Origin: Novakomyces olei
Lineage: Eukaryota
Assembly (NCBI GenBank): GCA_016906335.1
Contig: JADEYG010000009.1
Coordinates: 744,001-808,000, forward strand
Direction of reading: 5' to 3'
DNA length: 64,000 nt
The notes beneath the pieces were generated by a model. That model saw nothing but the letters and a program-made list of their open reading frames with translations. It was not told where the DNA came from and ran no database searches. Position numbers and translations under genes: made by a program. Positions 1 through 10,592 of the stretch are shown here, piece after piece; positions within the stretch are counted from its first letter, which is position 1, and every line of letters begins with the position of its first letter.

Positions 1-2962
1 CTATCTGTACTTTTGCTATCCCGATCAAATTCGAGACGCTCGACTGTCCGTTTCGCGGAGACCGCCTAAGCGCAGTCTTTTCTCCCAGTATAGAGACAAT
101 GCCATCTACGGGCTGGTCAAGGCGTACGGAATTACTGCGTCTAATTTCGGGCTCAACTGCGCCAATCATCACAAGACATATTACGCAGACGATGTGGCCC
201 AGTCGCCTTTAGATTTGGCTGAATCCTATATGCAGCCAGAGCACCAGGACAAGGAGGGCACTCTCCACATGGCCCGCCGAGTCCTGGTGGATGAGATATT
301 CCATGATTTGAATGTACGTAAAGCAGTACGTAATGCGTTTGCCAATGGGGCGGTAGTTACTACAAAGCCGACAGCGTTGGGAGCGACAAGGATCGATATT
401 CACCATCCGTATTACTGTGTAAAATACTTGAGAGACCGTCCGCTATCAACCTTCCATGCGGAGCCGGAAAAGTTTATCCTTCTGGCCCGGGCAGAGGCAG
501 AGGCTCTGGTAACGGTGCAGGTAGAGCTGGAAAACGAAAAAGCCTTTTCCCAAGAGATGCTTGATTACATTCAGAGCGACAACATGAGTGAGGTAGCTAT
601 AATGTGGAACGTTGAGCGGCAGTACCTGCTTACTGATGCCCTGGCTTTGCTGAAAGAGCTCGTTATACGAAACTTGAAGGCCTCCTTTCAGGCAGAGATG
701 GAGGACCTTGTCGCCCGTGACACGAGAGCGGCAGCCCTGTCCCGGTTCAATCAAAGGCCCTACCGTCCCATCAATCAGCCACTTGGCGAAAAAGAGTTGC
801 CTAGCGTTGTTGCCGTCTCCAACGGCCGAGGCATCTTTGCCAGGGACGCAGTTGTGTGTGTGTATGTGGACGCCACCGGCCGTCCTCTCGACACGGTCAA
901 GTTCAATACCCTGCAGGAAGGGAGAGATTCGTTTGTAGAGTTTTTGAATCAGCATAACCCTAACGTTATTGCCATTGCTGGTTTCACAACCCTAACGGAC
1001 AAGCTGCGAGAGGATATCGACAGCTATGTGTCGCAAGAGCACTCACGGCCCATAGATGTTACTTGGGTCGCTGACGATGTGGCACGGTACTATCACAACA
1101 GCAAAGCAGCAGAGCAAGAGTTCCCTAATCTGCCTCCGCTGGCACGGTACTGTGTCTGCCTGGCACGTTACCTGCAGAGTCCTATAATGGAGTACATTGC
1201 TCTCGGCCCGTCTATCGTCTCTATCCCCTTTTATCCTCACCAGCACTTGATCGGGGAGGCGAGGCAGTGGTCTGCTATTGAATCTGCCCTGCTGGACGTG
1301 GTTGCCATGATTGGAGTGGATATAAACGAGGCAGCTCGTAGCGAGAGAACGGCATTGCTGCTGCCGTACATTGCCGGGTTTGGCCCTCGCAAAGCGCAGG
1401 CAATTTTACAGCGTATTAGAAACTCGGGAGGCAGTCTAGTCAATAGGACAGAGCTGATAACAAAGTCGATTATGACTCGCAACATCTTTATGAACAGTGC
1501 CAGCTTCCTTATTATCGATGCTGGCGAAGCTGCGGGAGCTGATGTGCTGGACACGACCCGTATCCACAACGAGGACTATGAACTGGCAAAGAAAATGGCG
1601 TCTGATGCACTCGACCTGGACGAGGAGGACCTGATGGACTTTGAAGAGCCCTCGGGTGTAGTTGCGCAGCTGATACACGATAAGGAGCAGGACAAGCTCG
1701 ATGATTTGGTGTTGGAGGAGTACGCTGACCAGCTGGAAAAGGCTTTCCACAGCCTCAAGCGCCGGACGCTGGAGCAGATTCGTCAGGAGCTTAAAGCTCC
1801 CTACGCAGAGCAGCGTCGGCCTTTCCACCAGCTGAGTGTAGACGAAATATTTCTCATGCTGACGGGAGAAACGGACGAGAGTCTTCGGCCTGGGTCGGTT
1901 GTGCCTATTGTCCTGAAAAAGGTGGCCCACTCGTTTGCAAGTGGACGTATGGGATCTGACCTGCTTGTTCATATTTCCAGCACTAATATCACGGACGACT
2001 ACCCTCAAACGAACCATACTGGTGACACTGGCCAAGATTATCAACAGCAGCAGCAGCAACAGCCCTCATTGTCTCCCGGACAGACTGTTCCCGGTGTCGT
2101 TATAGACGTCAGCAAAGACCGTTTCCTTGTTGACGCGGATCTGAGGACGTTTGCTATACAACAGGCACAGGTGGATGCTCGAGCACGGTTCAGTAGCTCT
2201 CCATTTTGGGACGCAGAACTGGAAAAGAGGACGGAAGATCGGCTGCTCAAGGCCACGATAAGAGCAACACGTCAGACACGTGTCATAAAGCACCCGCTCT
2301 TCCGTAATTTCACGTCACGTGAAGCCGAAGATTACTTGTCCAATATGCAAAGGGGAGATGTGGTTGTCCGGCCAAGTAATCGTGGGTCCGATCATATCGC
2401 TGTCACGTGGAAGGTTTCTGACGGCATTTACCAGCACTTGGACGTGCTCGAACTTGACAAGCCCAACGAGTTTTCTCTCGGCCGCATGTTCCGCATTGGA
2501 GGCAAATACTCGTACGCCGACCTGGACGAGCTGATTGTAATGCACGTCAAAGCGACGGCTAGAAAAGTAGAGGAAATGGTTCACCACGACAAGTTCCAAA
2601 AGGGATCTCGAGAGGATACAAACAAATGGCTCACGCGCTACTCTGAAGCAAACCCGCGCCGGTCTGCTTATGCTTTCTGCTTCGATAGGGCTCACGCTGG
2701 CTACTTTGATCTCTGCTTCAAGGCCAATGTGAACAGTGAGATTCACAGTTGGCCCGTGAAAGCAATCCCTAACGCTTTCCAGCTAAAGGGCAACGTCTAT
2801 GGCGATATGAATTCTCTGTGTAACGGGTTTAAACATTTGTTTGGAAGTGCTCAACGTGAAGCACAGCTGAGACAGGAGCAAGAGAGGCAGCAGCAGCAGC
2901 AGCAGCAGCAATTTTACCAAGTGCAGCCTCCTTTTGCACAGCCGCCCGTTTCGTACCATTAA
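1..2962 (+). CDS. SPT6: Transcription elongation factor / histone chaperone Spt6, 5'-truncated by the window edge
   Basis: 922-aa ORF with YqgF-like region, HHH motifs (LDTTRIHNEDYELAKKMASDALDLDEED), S1 region and tandem SH2 (RVIKHPLFRNF...GDVVVRPS); polyQ tracts. The start lies upstream of the window. Confidence 0.95.
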   Translation, partial: YLYFCYPDQIRDARLSVSRRPPKRSLFSQYRDNAIYGLVKAYGITASNFGLNCANHHKTYYADDVAQSPLDLAESYMQPEHQDKEGTLHMARRVLVDEIFHDLNVRKAVRNAFANGAVVTTKPTALGATRIDIHHPYYCVKYLRDRPLSTFHAEPEKFILLARAEAEALVTVQVELENEKAFSQEMLDYIQSDNMSEVAIMWNVERQYLLTDALALLKELVIRNLKASFQAEMEDLVARDTRAAALSRFNQRPYRPINQPLGEKELPSVVAVSNGRGIFARDAVVCVYVDATGRPLDTVKFNTLQEGRDSFVEFLNQHNPNVIAIAGFTTLTDKLREDIDSYVSQEHSRPIDVTWVADDVARYYHNSKAAEQEFPNLPPLARYCVCLARYLQSPIMEYIALGPSIVSIPFYPHQHLIGEARQWSAIESALLDVVAMIGVDINEAARSERTALLLPYIAGFGPRKAQAILQRIRNSGGSLVNRTELITKSIMTRNIFMNSASFLIIDAGEAAGADVLDTTRIHNEDYELAKKMASDALDLDEEDLMDFEEPSGVVAQLIHDKEQDKLDDLVLEEYADQLEKAFHSLKRRTLEQIRQELKAPYAEQRRPFHQLSVDEIFLMLTGETDESLRPGSVVPIVLKKVAHSFASGRMGSDLLVHISSTNITDDYPQTNHTGDTGQDYQQQQQQQPSLSPGQTVPGVVIDVSKDRFLVDADLRTFAIQQAQVDARARFSSSPFWDAELEKRTEDRLLKATIRATRQTRVIKHPLFRNFTSREAEDYLSNMQRGDVVVRPSNRGSDHIAVTWKVSDGIYQHLDVLELDKPNEFSLGRMFRIGGKYSYADLDELIVMHVKATARKVEEMVHHDKFQKGSREDTNKWLTRYSEANPRRSAYAFCFDRAHAGYFDLCFKANVNSEIHSWPVKAIPNAFQLKGNVYGDMNSLCNGFKHLFGSAQREAQLRQEQERQQQQQQQQFYQVQPPFAQPPVSYH

Positions 2963-3304
2963 GCATGTTCTACTACCATCTTTGTAATTGATCAATGGTT
3001 ATCTCTTAAATATTAGTTTCTTTTGCTTTTCAGAAAAGTTTTATAGATCAAACAGTCAGTGTATAACACTAAAGTTGTGGGCGGCTAGAGCTGTATTGCA
3101 AACGGGCTCATTGGCCCTCATGAAAGGTTTGCCAGCACGTTTCAAAAGCGGTCAACGTAGTGCCTAAGTACAAGTATTCATGGTTAGGGTTAGGGTCAAT
3201 AGGTTTATAATCCTGGTAATTATATTTGCCATTTATTTGACGTGGGCACAGTTCAAGTAATCTTTGTTGCCTAACCGCAGTCTTACTTAGCATTTCTTTC
3301 ATAT

Positions 3305-3320
3305 CACGTGACCGACGCGT
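3305..3320. promoter_or_regulatory. MCB element (ACGCGT, 3315-3320) and adjacent E-box (CACGTG, 3305-3310) in the MRC1 promoter
   Basis: Exact motifs about 60-75 bp upstream of the MRC1 ATG. MRC1 is a known MBF/G1-S target in budding and fission yeasts. Confidence 0.55.
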
Positions 3321-3379
3321 ACACGTAAATAAAGAGTAATTACATTTACGTATCGTCGGAGCCGCTACTGCCTCCAACA

Positions 3380-6300
3380 ATGTCAGAACCCGTCGGCTTT
3401 AGTGGAGGGCTAAAACTCTATGGCGAATTAACGCCGAGGTCCAAGATCCGTGCACTGCTGAACGGTAATCCTCAAGATGGCAAAGCGGAGACGGGCAAAG
3501 AGTCAGGAGACAGCGAAGAAAGTCTTTACGAGCGAACAAAGCGCAAACTGCTGGAAAGCAAAACCTTTGCGGCAAAAGGTGGTCCAGAATCGGATCGTGA
3601 AAATTCATGTAAAGCAAGCGGTCAATTGGAGGAGTCTAGAACGGCGCCGTCTTTTGTAACGGAAGCGGAGTCTCATCAAATGGGCTCTCGGCCGCAGTTG
3701 TTTAGTGATTCTGAAAGCGAGGACGAAGGTGGCAGCGAAAGCAGTGCGTCAAGGCAAAAAAAGGGGGCACATACGCTGGAAGATTTAGAGTTTGGAGGCT
3801 CGGAAGAGGACGAAGACTTTACAGAGACCAAAGAGTACAGAGAAAGACTGCAGAAATTGATTGAGCAAAGGACACAGATGCGGGAAAAGAGTCACAAGGA
3901 GAATGGATCAGATGCGGAAAAAGAGGATACAGAACATAGCCAAGATGACGAGATTGGCCACAGGCTTACACAGAGCACGGCCCGCGATTCCGGTAAAACT
4001 GCGTCATCTCGACCTGCGTTTGAGAGACTTCATCGTGAAACTGAACGTTTGACAAGAGGTATGCATGAATATAAATTAGATTAAATTTTAAATAAAATAT
4101 TCAATTTTTTGAATTATTGTTTAATTGGTTTTAATCATTCTACTGACAATTACAGAAATGGCACTTGCCCCGAAAACGTTTGTAAAAAAAACGTTCAGCA
4201 TGGCCGACTTTTTCTCAAGGATTGCGAAACAGCAGCCGCATAAATCTCTACATGAAAAAGGAAACGACACCCCGACAAGCCCTGATCGAGCAAAAGCTGG
4301 TTCGATTCCAGCCATGAATGGTCCTTCTTTTGATATTGAAGACGATGATTCGGCACGGAAAACCACGTTACACACTGTAACGACAGAGACAGAGACAGAA
4401 ACAGGTCTGCAGAAAGATTTACCCGACATGGCCTCTATTTTTATTGCTCCCGACGAAAACGAGTCTGCACAAAGCCCTCAGGCGCCTGAGAATGCTCAGG
4501 AAGCTCGAGCAATTCGTTCCGCAGACGAATCAGAGTCTGACTTGGAGATACTGGACGAGCCGAGCCTGAAGATTGACAGTTTCATGAAAGCCAATGCAGG
4601 AAAAAGGATGGATTTTTTGGCAGTGCGCGATCGAAAACGGCTTCGAAACTTGGCACAGCTGAACAGCTCAGTTGAAGAAACCAAAGGAGGAACTAAAGGC
4701 GACAGCGGTGTGCATCAGGTCTCTCAAAAGACACTGAACCAGCGACTACTGAAGGAAGCAGCTTTGAGAAACAAATTGGCCCGGCAGAAACGCGCAGAGG
4801 AACTCAAAGCTCTCGGTATTGATGTGGAGGCCATTGCGCAGAGTCACAAGCAGCAGCTCGAGGATGGTGCCGATCTATTGGAGCGAGCACAAAAAGAAGC
4901 CGAGGATATTCTGCGCAAGGAGCGTGAAGCTCGAGCGAAATGGCAGTCTCGTACTAAATTGGCAGAGTCGGACGACGACGAGGACGCGGAGTACGAGGAG
5001 GAGGAGGAGGAAGGTGAAGATGACAGTGACCATAATAACGACGACGCCGAATCCAAGGCGGATGATAACGAGGATTCAGAGCAATCAGATTCTGAATTAG
5101 ATGACGAGCAAGACGGGCCACAAAGCTCGGCAGAATCAGATTTGGAAGAGCCTGCAGTGCTTTTTGAAAAGATAAATCATGACAAAAATGACAAAAATGA
5201 CACTGATATGCCAATATTAAAACATGGATCTCGACACCGGCGTCGAATAATGCAAGACGACGATAATGACGGAGAACAAAAGGAAAACGAAACTCGTACT
5301 GAGTCAGCTGAAGCTCACAATATGGAGACAAATTCGGCGGACGACGATTCTTTAGATGAACTTTTTGCTTCGGCTATAAATAATCCCATGGTAGCGCCAA
5401 GCGAGAGACTCGAGTACATTTCTCGTGCTCAGCCAGTGGTGAGAAAGGTAAGCAGCCAGGCATTGTAATAAAATCTTTGATATTTGCCTCTCGTCATTTT
5501 ATTTATTTTATTTTATCAAGCTGAACTTTATTTTATTTAATTTGGGAAGAGTCTAATATCTATAGGACTGGCAAAAGGCTTCCAATCAAGAAAACAACAC
5601 TGCGTTTGACAATGATAGAATTGAAACTGGGCGAGGCCAAAGCTTTACACAGCATTCCCAATTATCTCAGTTTTCACCCGATGTTGTTTTCAAACCAAAC
5701 GCGGCCTTTACAGAATTGCGGAACAAAGCTAATATGGATGTTTTCCACTCACAAATGACCCAGGAAACGGTTGATGATTTGGAACAGCAAGGCACAGAAC
5801 CAGTAACTCTTCGGAAACTAAAAAGACGGGACCAAAAGCTGAAACCAGATCATGCCGAGAGGGAAAGGCAGACAAATGATGGATCAAGAGTAAAGTCTAC
5901 ACTGGACAATGACAGCATTCTAGACGACAGTGCTGTAGATAGCGACAGTGCTGTAGATAGCGACAGTGCTGTAGAAGACGACAGTTCTCTCGAAGACAAT
6001 TCCTCTGAGAATGGGGCAAATCAGGTGAATGGGCAGCAAAACGCATTTGCAGCTTTAGGATCTAGTCGGCGTTTAACGGAACGATATTCAACACAACAAA
6101 TGGAAGAACTCGGCAAAACTTATTTTGAAGATGAGGCAGAAGAGTCAGAAGATGAGTATGCAGGACTGGGCGGTGCTAGTGACGATGAGGCAGATGAACA
6201 TGAAACTAAAGAGCTACAAGCTATGATTGACGATAAAAAAGTTGACTTTGATTCAGAGGCGTTGGCCGCACATCATCATGAATTAGAGGCGGCCAGGGAC

Positions 6301-7254
6301 GATCAATACATCAAAGAGCTTTGGAAGGGAATTGGGAACGGCACACTGAAAAGAGGACGGGGTACCGGTATCCTATCCGATGACGACGAGGAAGACGATG
6401 AAGCTGAAGAGCGTCGACGACAGAGAAGAAAGAAAGAGCTCCGACTGAGGATGCTTGAAGACGAAAATCTTTCTCGTCTAGGTAATAATATAAATAGTAG
6501 TTTAATTTTTATTTTTATTTTTTTTAATTAATTATTTATTCATATTATTATTTTAATTCTAATCGCAGACAATCCCAAAAATCGGTCATTTTTGAGCACA
6601 GTGGAAGACAATGATACTTTAGATCATTGCTATATCCCGTTAGACGACTCTCTGCCCGATTCCGGGCTGGGATCTAGTCCAAGAACTGTTGTGGACGCGG
6701 AGAAACCAGAAGGAATCAAGACTTTAGAGCATCAGGACTCGGGGTCAGATGATGAGGAAAGTAGGCACGGCACAAAGGCTAAGCGCGTTTCGGACAGCAA
6801 GTCTGAAGAGTTTTTCCGGGATCTTTGCAAGCTGACAGAGGAGAACGAAGAATCAAAGGAATACCCGTACGAGGACGCGGAAGACGACCCTGATATCGTA
6901 TTGAGAAGGGGTCTTGACCAATGCATAACACGGTCTCGTTCAACGGCGGCAAGAGCTGTGTCAGGCACGCACAAAACGCGCAATCCAACGGCAATGTCTC
7001 AATTTTCAAAGGCTCTGCGAGTAGCATCTTTGCCGCTAACAAACACATCAAGCAAGCGAAAGGTTACGACAAGCGCATCTTTCTCTGAGGTCAAGTCTTA
7101 TGGCTTCCAGCGGGTCTCTGTGAACCAAAGACCTCCAGTGTCACTGCCTGTGACCAATTCGCAGTCGATGCTAAAGTCGCAAAAGGTACAAGAGCGCAAG
7201 CAGCATGAAGACTCGTACCGTAAGCGCAGCATTATCCAGCAGCTCTGTAAATAG
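3380..7254 (+). CDS. MRC1: Mediator of replication checkpoint Mrc1 (claspin-like), 4 exons
   Basis: N-terminal LTPRSKIRALL, acidic tracts and MRC1-domain motif YFEDEAEESEDEYAGLGGASDDE. GT-AG introns 4059-4155, 5448-5565 and 6482-6568 join the ORF fragments in frame. Confidence 0.85.
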
Positions 7255-7502
7255 GCAGTTTATATTATTTTTTTATACATACACGGGCCCCGTTCACGTA
7301 TATTCCATCTCAGCATAGTATAATGTATTCGATTAATCCTACGGTTGGCAGACGATTAAAAATAATATTATATTTATTAAATTTATTATATTTATTATAT
7401 TTATTATATTGGCGTGTTTATATAATTAATTCAATAAATATTGGATTGCAATATCTCATTAATCATTGATGCCACTGTCCAGTCGCTCTCCGTATCGTTT
7501 CA

Positions 7503-9937
7503 ATGGCGCGAAATGATGGAAACATTGCCGCGTTCGGTTCAGACGTGGCATTGCTCAAACGGAAAAAGGTAAAATCTCTATATTTTGTACATAACAAGGC
7601 TGATTGGTTAAAGGCACTACTCGTCGGCGCAGGAGGAATTGGGTGCGAATTATTGAAGAATCTATTGAAGGTTGATTTTGCAGAGGTCTACATTGTATGT
7701 GGAATTGCAGGGTTATGCGTCTAATTTGCAATAGATCGATTTGGATACTATTGATCTCTCAAACCTTAATCGGCAGTTTCTGTTCCGGCATCGGCATATT
7801 AAACGGAGCAAGGCACAGGTAAGTCGGGCTAGATAACAGCTACTCCGCGTCACTTTATCCGCACACTTTTTTCCCTTTGATAAAAAACACAAAACAAAGT
7901 TTCGGGTTACAAGTGTGCTCCAGCGTCTAACCTCGGGCAGGTGGCGGCCGAAACAGCAGCCAAATTCAACCCTAACGTAGAATTGGTACCGATTCATGGG
8001 AACATCAAAGAGCCAGAACGGAACTATGAATGGTTTCAGCAGTTTGATATTGTCTTTAACGCTCTTGATAATTTAGGTATTTACGCTTCAATTTAGGTTA
8101 GGCTCTTTAACTTTTCCAGACGCCCGAAGGCACGTCAATCGAATGTGTATCGCTACGGGCGTGCCTCTGATCGAATCGGGAACGACGGGATTTCAAGGGC
8201 AAGTTCAGGCTATTGTAAAGGGCGAAACTGAATGCTACGACTGTTTTCCAAAGGAAGTACCTAAATCGTTTCCCGTCTGCACGATACGGAGCACTCCGTC
8301 CCAACTTATTCACTGTGTAGTGTGGGCAAAAAGCTACCTATTGAGGTATTAAAAGTATTCGGCTGTTTCTAATAGTGCAGTGAGCTTTTTGGTGTGAGTG
8401 AGGATTCTCCCGACGTGGATACAACGGAAACTTCAGATAATGGTATGAATTTGTCATGTTGATCGAGGAAAGAAGGGTTGATATAATAAAGTGAAAATGA
8501 ATGAAGAAGAGTTAAAATAAAAGGGCAAACGAAGGAGAAAGACGGGCTAGAGATGATAGAGAAACATTTTGAAAAATAAAATGCAAAATAAATGCTGTGG
8601 GCATGTGCCAAGTCTAATGCCGTATTCTTCAATTCAAACGTTACACGTCTCATGCTAATATTAGCGGAGGAAATTCAAAATCTCAACCGTGAGGCTAGTG
8701 AACTAAAGGACATTCGTAACTCTATGGCCTCAGGCGGCTTTGCGGAAAAGGTTTTTGATAAAGTGTTTCACCGGGATATCGAAAGGCTTCGTTCTATGGA
8801 CGAACTATGGAAACACCGTGCAAAACCCGAATCTTTGCTGTACAATGAGCTAAAAAGTAAAAATAGTATCAAGATTAAAAATGATAAGCGAACTGTTGGT
8901 GATTTAGCGGATCAGTTTGCTGCTTTTATTGAAAGCGCAAACCGTCTTGCCGCGCGTTTTCAAGAATTGCAAGCAAAACAGCCAAACGCGATTATAGAGT
9001 TTGATAAAGACGACGACGATACTATGCAGTTTGTAGCTGCGACTGCGAATTTACGAGCTGCAGTGTTTGGTATCGAGCAAAAGAGTGAATTTGATATAAA
9101 GCGTAGGTTTTGATTATTTTATCATTCTTTAATTTTATTCATGTTCTTTTCCAAATCGTACGTTGAAAACGATATTAATTTTTCAGAGATGGCGGGCAAT
9201 ATTATTCCGGCTATAGCAACAACAAACGCTATCGTTGCTGGACTGTGTGCTATTCAAGGCGTAAGGCTACTACAAGGCCAATTATCACAATTGAAAATGG
9301 CAAGTTGGCATCATTTATCTTTGATTTATTCTAACTATATAAAGACGTTTTTAAGTCGTCGGCCGGACAAGATCATGAATTTTGAAAATTATCGGCCACC
9401 TAATGCCTTGTGTCCCATATGCAGTGCTGCTTATGCTCCCTTGCGCTGCAGTCCGAAATATGTAAAAATATCGGATCTTGTTTCCTATTCTCGAAAGCTT
9501 GGGTACGGAGACGAGATAAGCATCGTTGCTGATCGGCTATTTTACGATGCCGATTTCGAGGACAATTTGGATAAAAGTCTAGCAGATTTAGGACTTTTGG
9601 ATAACGCGTTTATTACGATTACCGATGAAGAAGATCGGGACTCGGGCATGAAACTGCAGGCTCTTATTCTGTGCCTGGTTAAAGAGTAAGATTATTTATT
9701 TGTTTACCAACACGATCTCTAATGTTTAGTGATTCTGTTCATGGGCTCATTGAGCCCGATGTTAAAGTTGCTCTTGTTGAGGCCCAGGTGGAGCAAGGAG
9801 AACCAGAGCCAGTTGCTCCAGTTCCGTCCAAACGGAAACTGAGTGATTCAGGCGTTAAAGAGCCCGAAGCAAAGCGAGCAAAAGAGGATGTGATTGATAT
9901 TGACGATGATGCGGATGGCGAGATTATCGTTGTTTGA
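7503..9937 (+). CDS. UBA2: SUMO-activating enzyme E1 subunit Uba2, about 10 exons
   Basis: [32 protein letters not shown], catalytic [32 protein letters not shown] and C-terminal SIM-like EIIVV. Nine introns, including a probable GC-AG intron at 9300-9344. Confidence 0.95.
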
Positions 9938-10364
9938 TAGCGTATAGCACTGCGTAAATAGAAAAAGCTTGGCAAATATATGTACAGTCCAGTATCGCGA
10001 GTGGGCCACATTATACTATTCTATGCGTGTCAACGAGACTATTCACGGTATCGTCACAAAATCGTTGAGACGCGGTATACTTTCCATAGTCAAGATGGGA
10101 GGTTACACAAACAACTCTCAAGACGCCGGCGTGTGGCACAGTCTATTGCTATTCGATTGTACATTGTCCATAATGTGTTGCACTGCCCATTCATTATCTA
10201 CACCACAGCTATACTCGACAAGCATTATAAACCCTAACCCTGTCGCGTGTGTGCGTCGGCCATTAGCCGGGCCAATAGATGACTATTGTTAGTTAATAAT
10301 AATATAATAATAATATTGCACAGCAATTGCTTTGCAATTGCTGTCTGTTTATTGCAAACTCGTC

Positions 10365-10548
10365 AAATAATAAAATAATAAAATAATAAAATAATAAAAT
10401 AATAAAATAATAAAATAATAAAATAATAAAATAATAAAATAATAAAATAATAAAATAATAAAATAATAAAATAATAAAATAATAAAATAATAAAATAATA
10501 AAATAATAAAATAATAAAATAATAATAAAATAATAATAAAACAATAAC
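10365..10548. repeat. (AAAATAAT)n minisatellite, about 20 units
   Basis: Direct reading; flanked on both sides by copies of AATATTGCACAGCAATTGCT. Confidence 0.95.
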
Positions 10549-10592
10549 AATATTGCACAGCAATTGCTTCTGTTTATTGCTTCAATTGCTAC

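Noticed and set aside
9969-10292. Short plus-strand ORFs between UBA2 and PFK1
   Set aside because: No recognisable motifs or splice structure; probably 3' UTR or intergenic.
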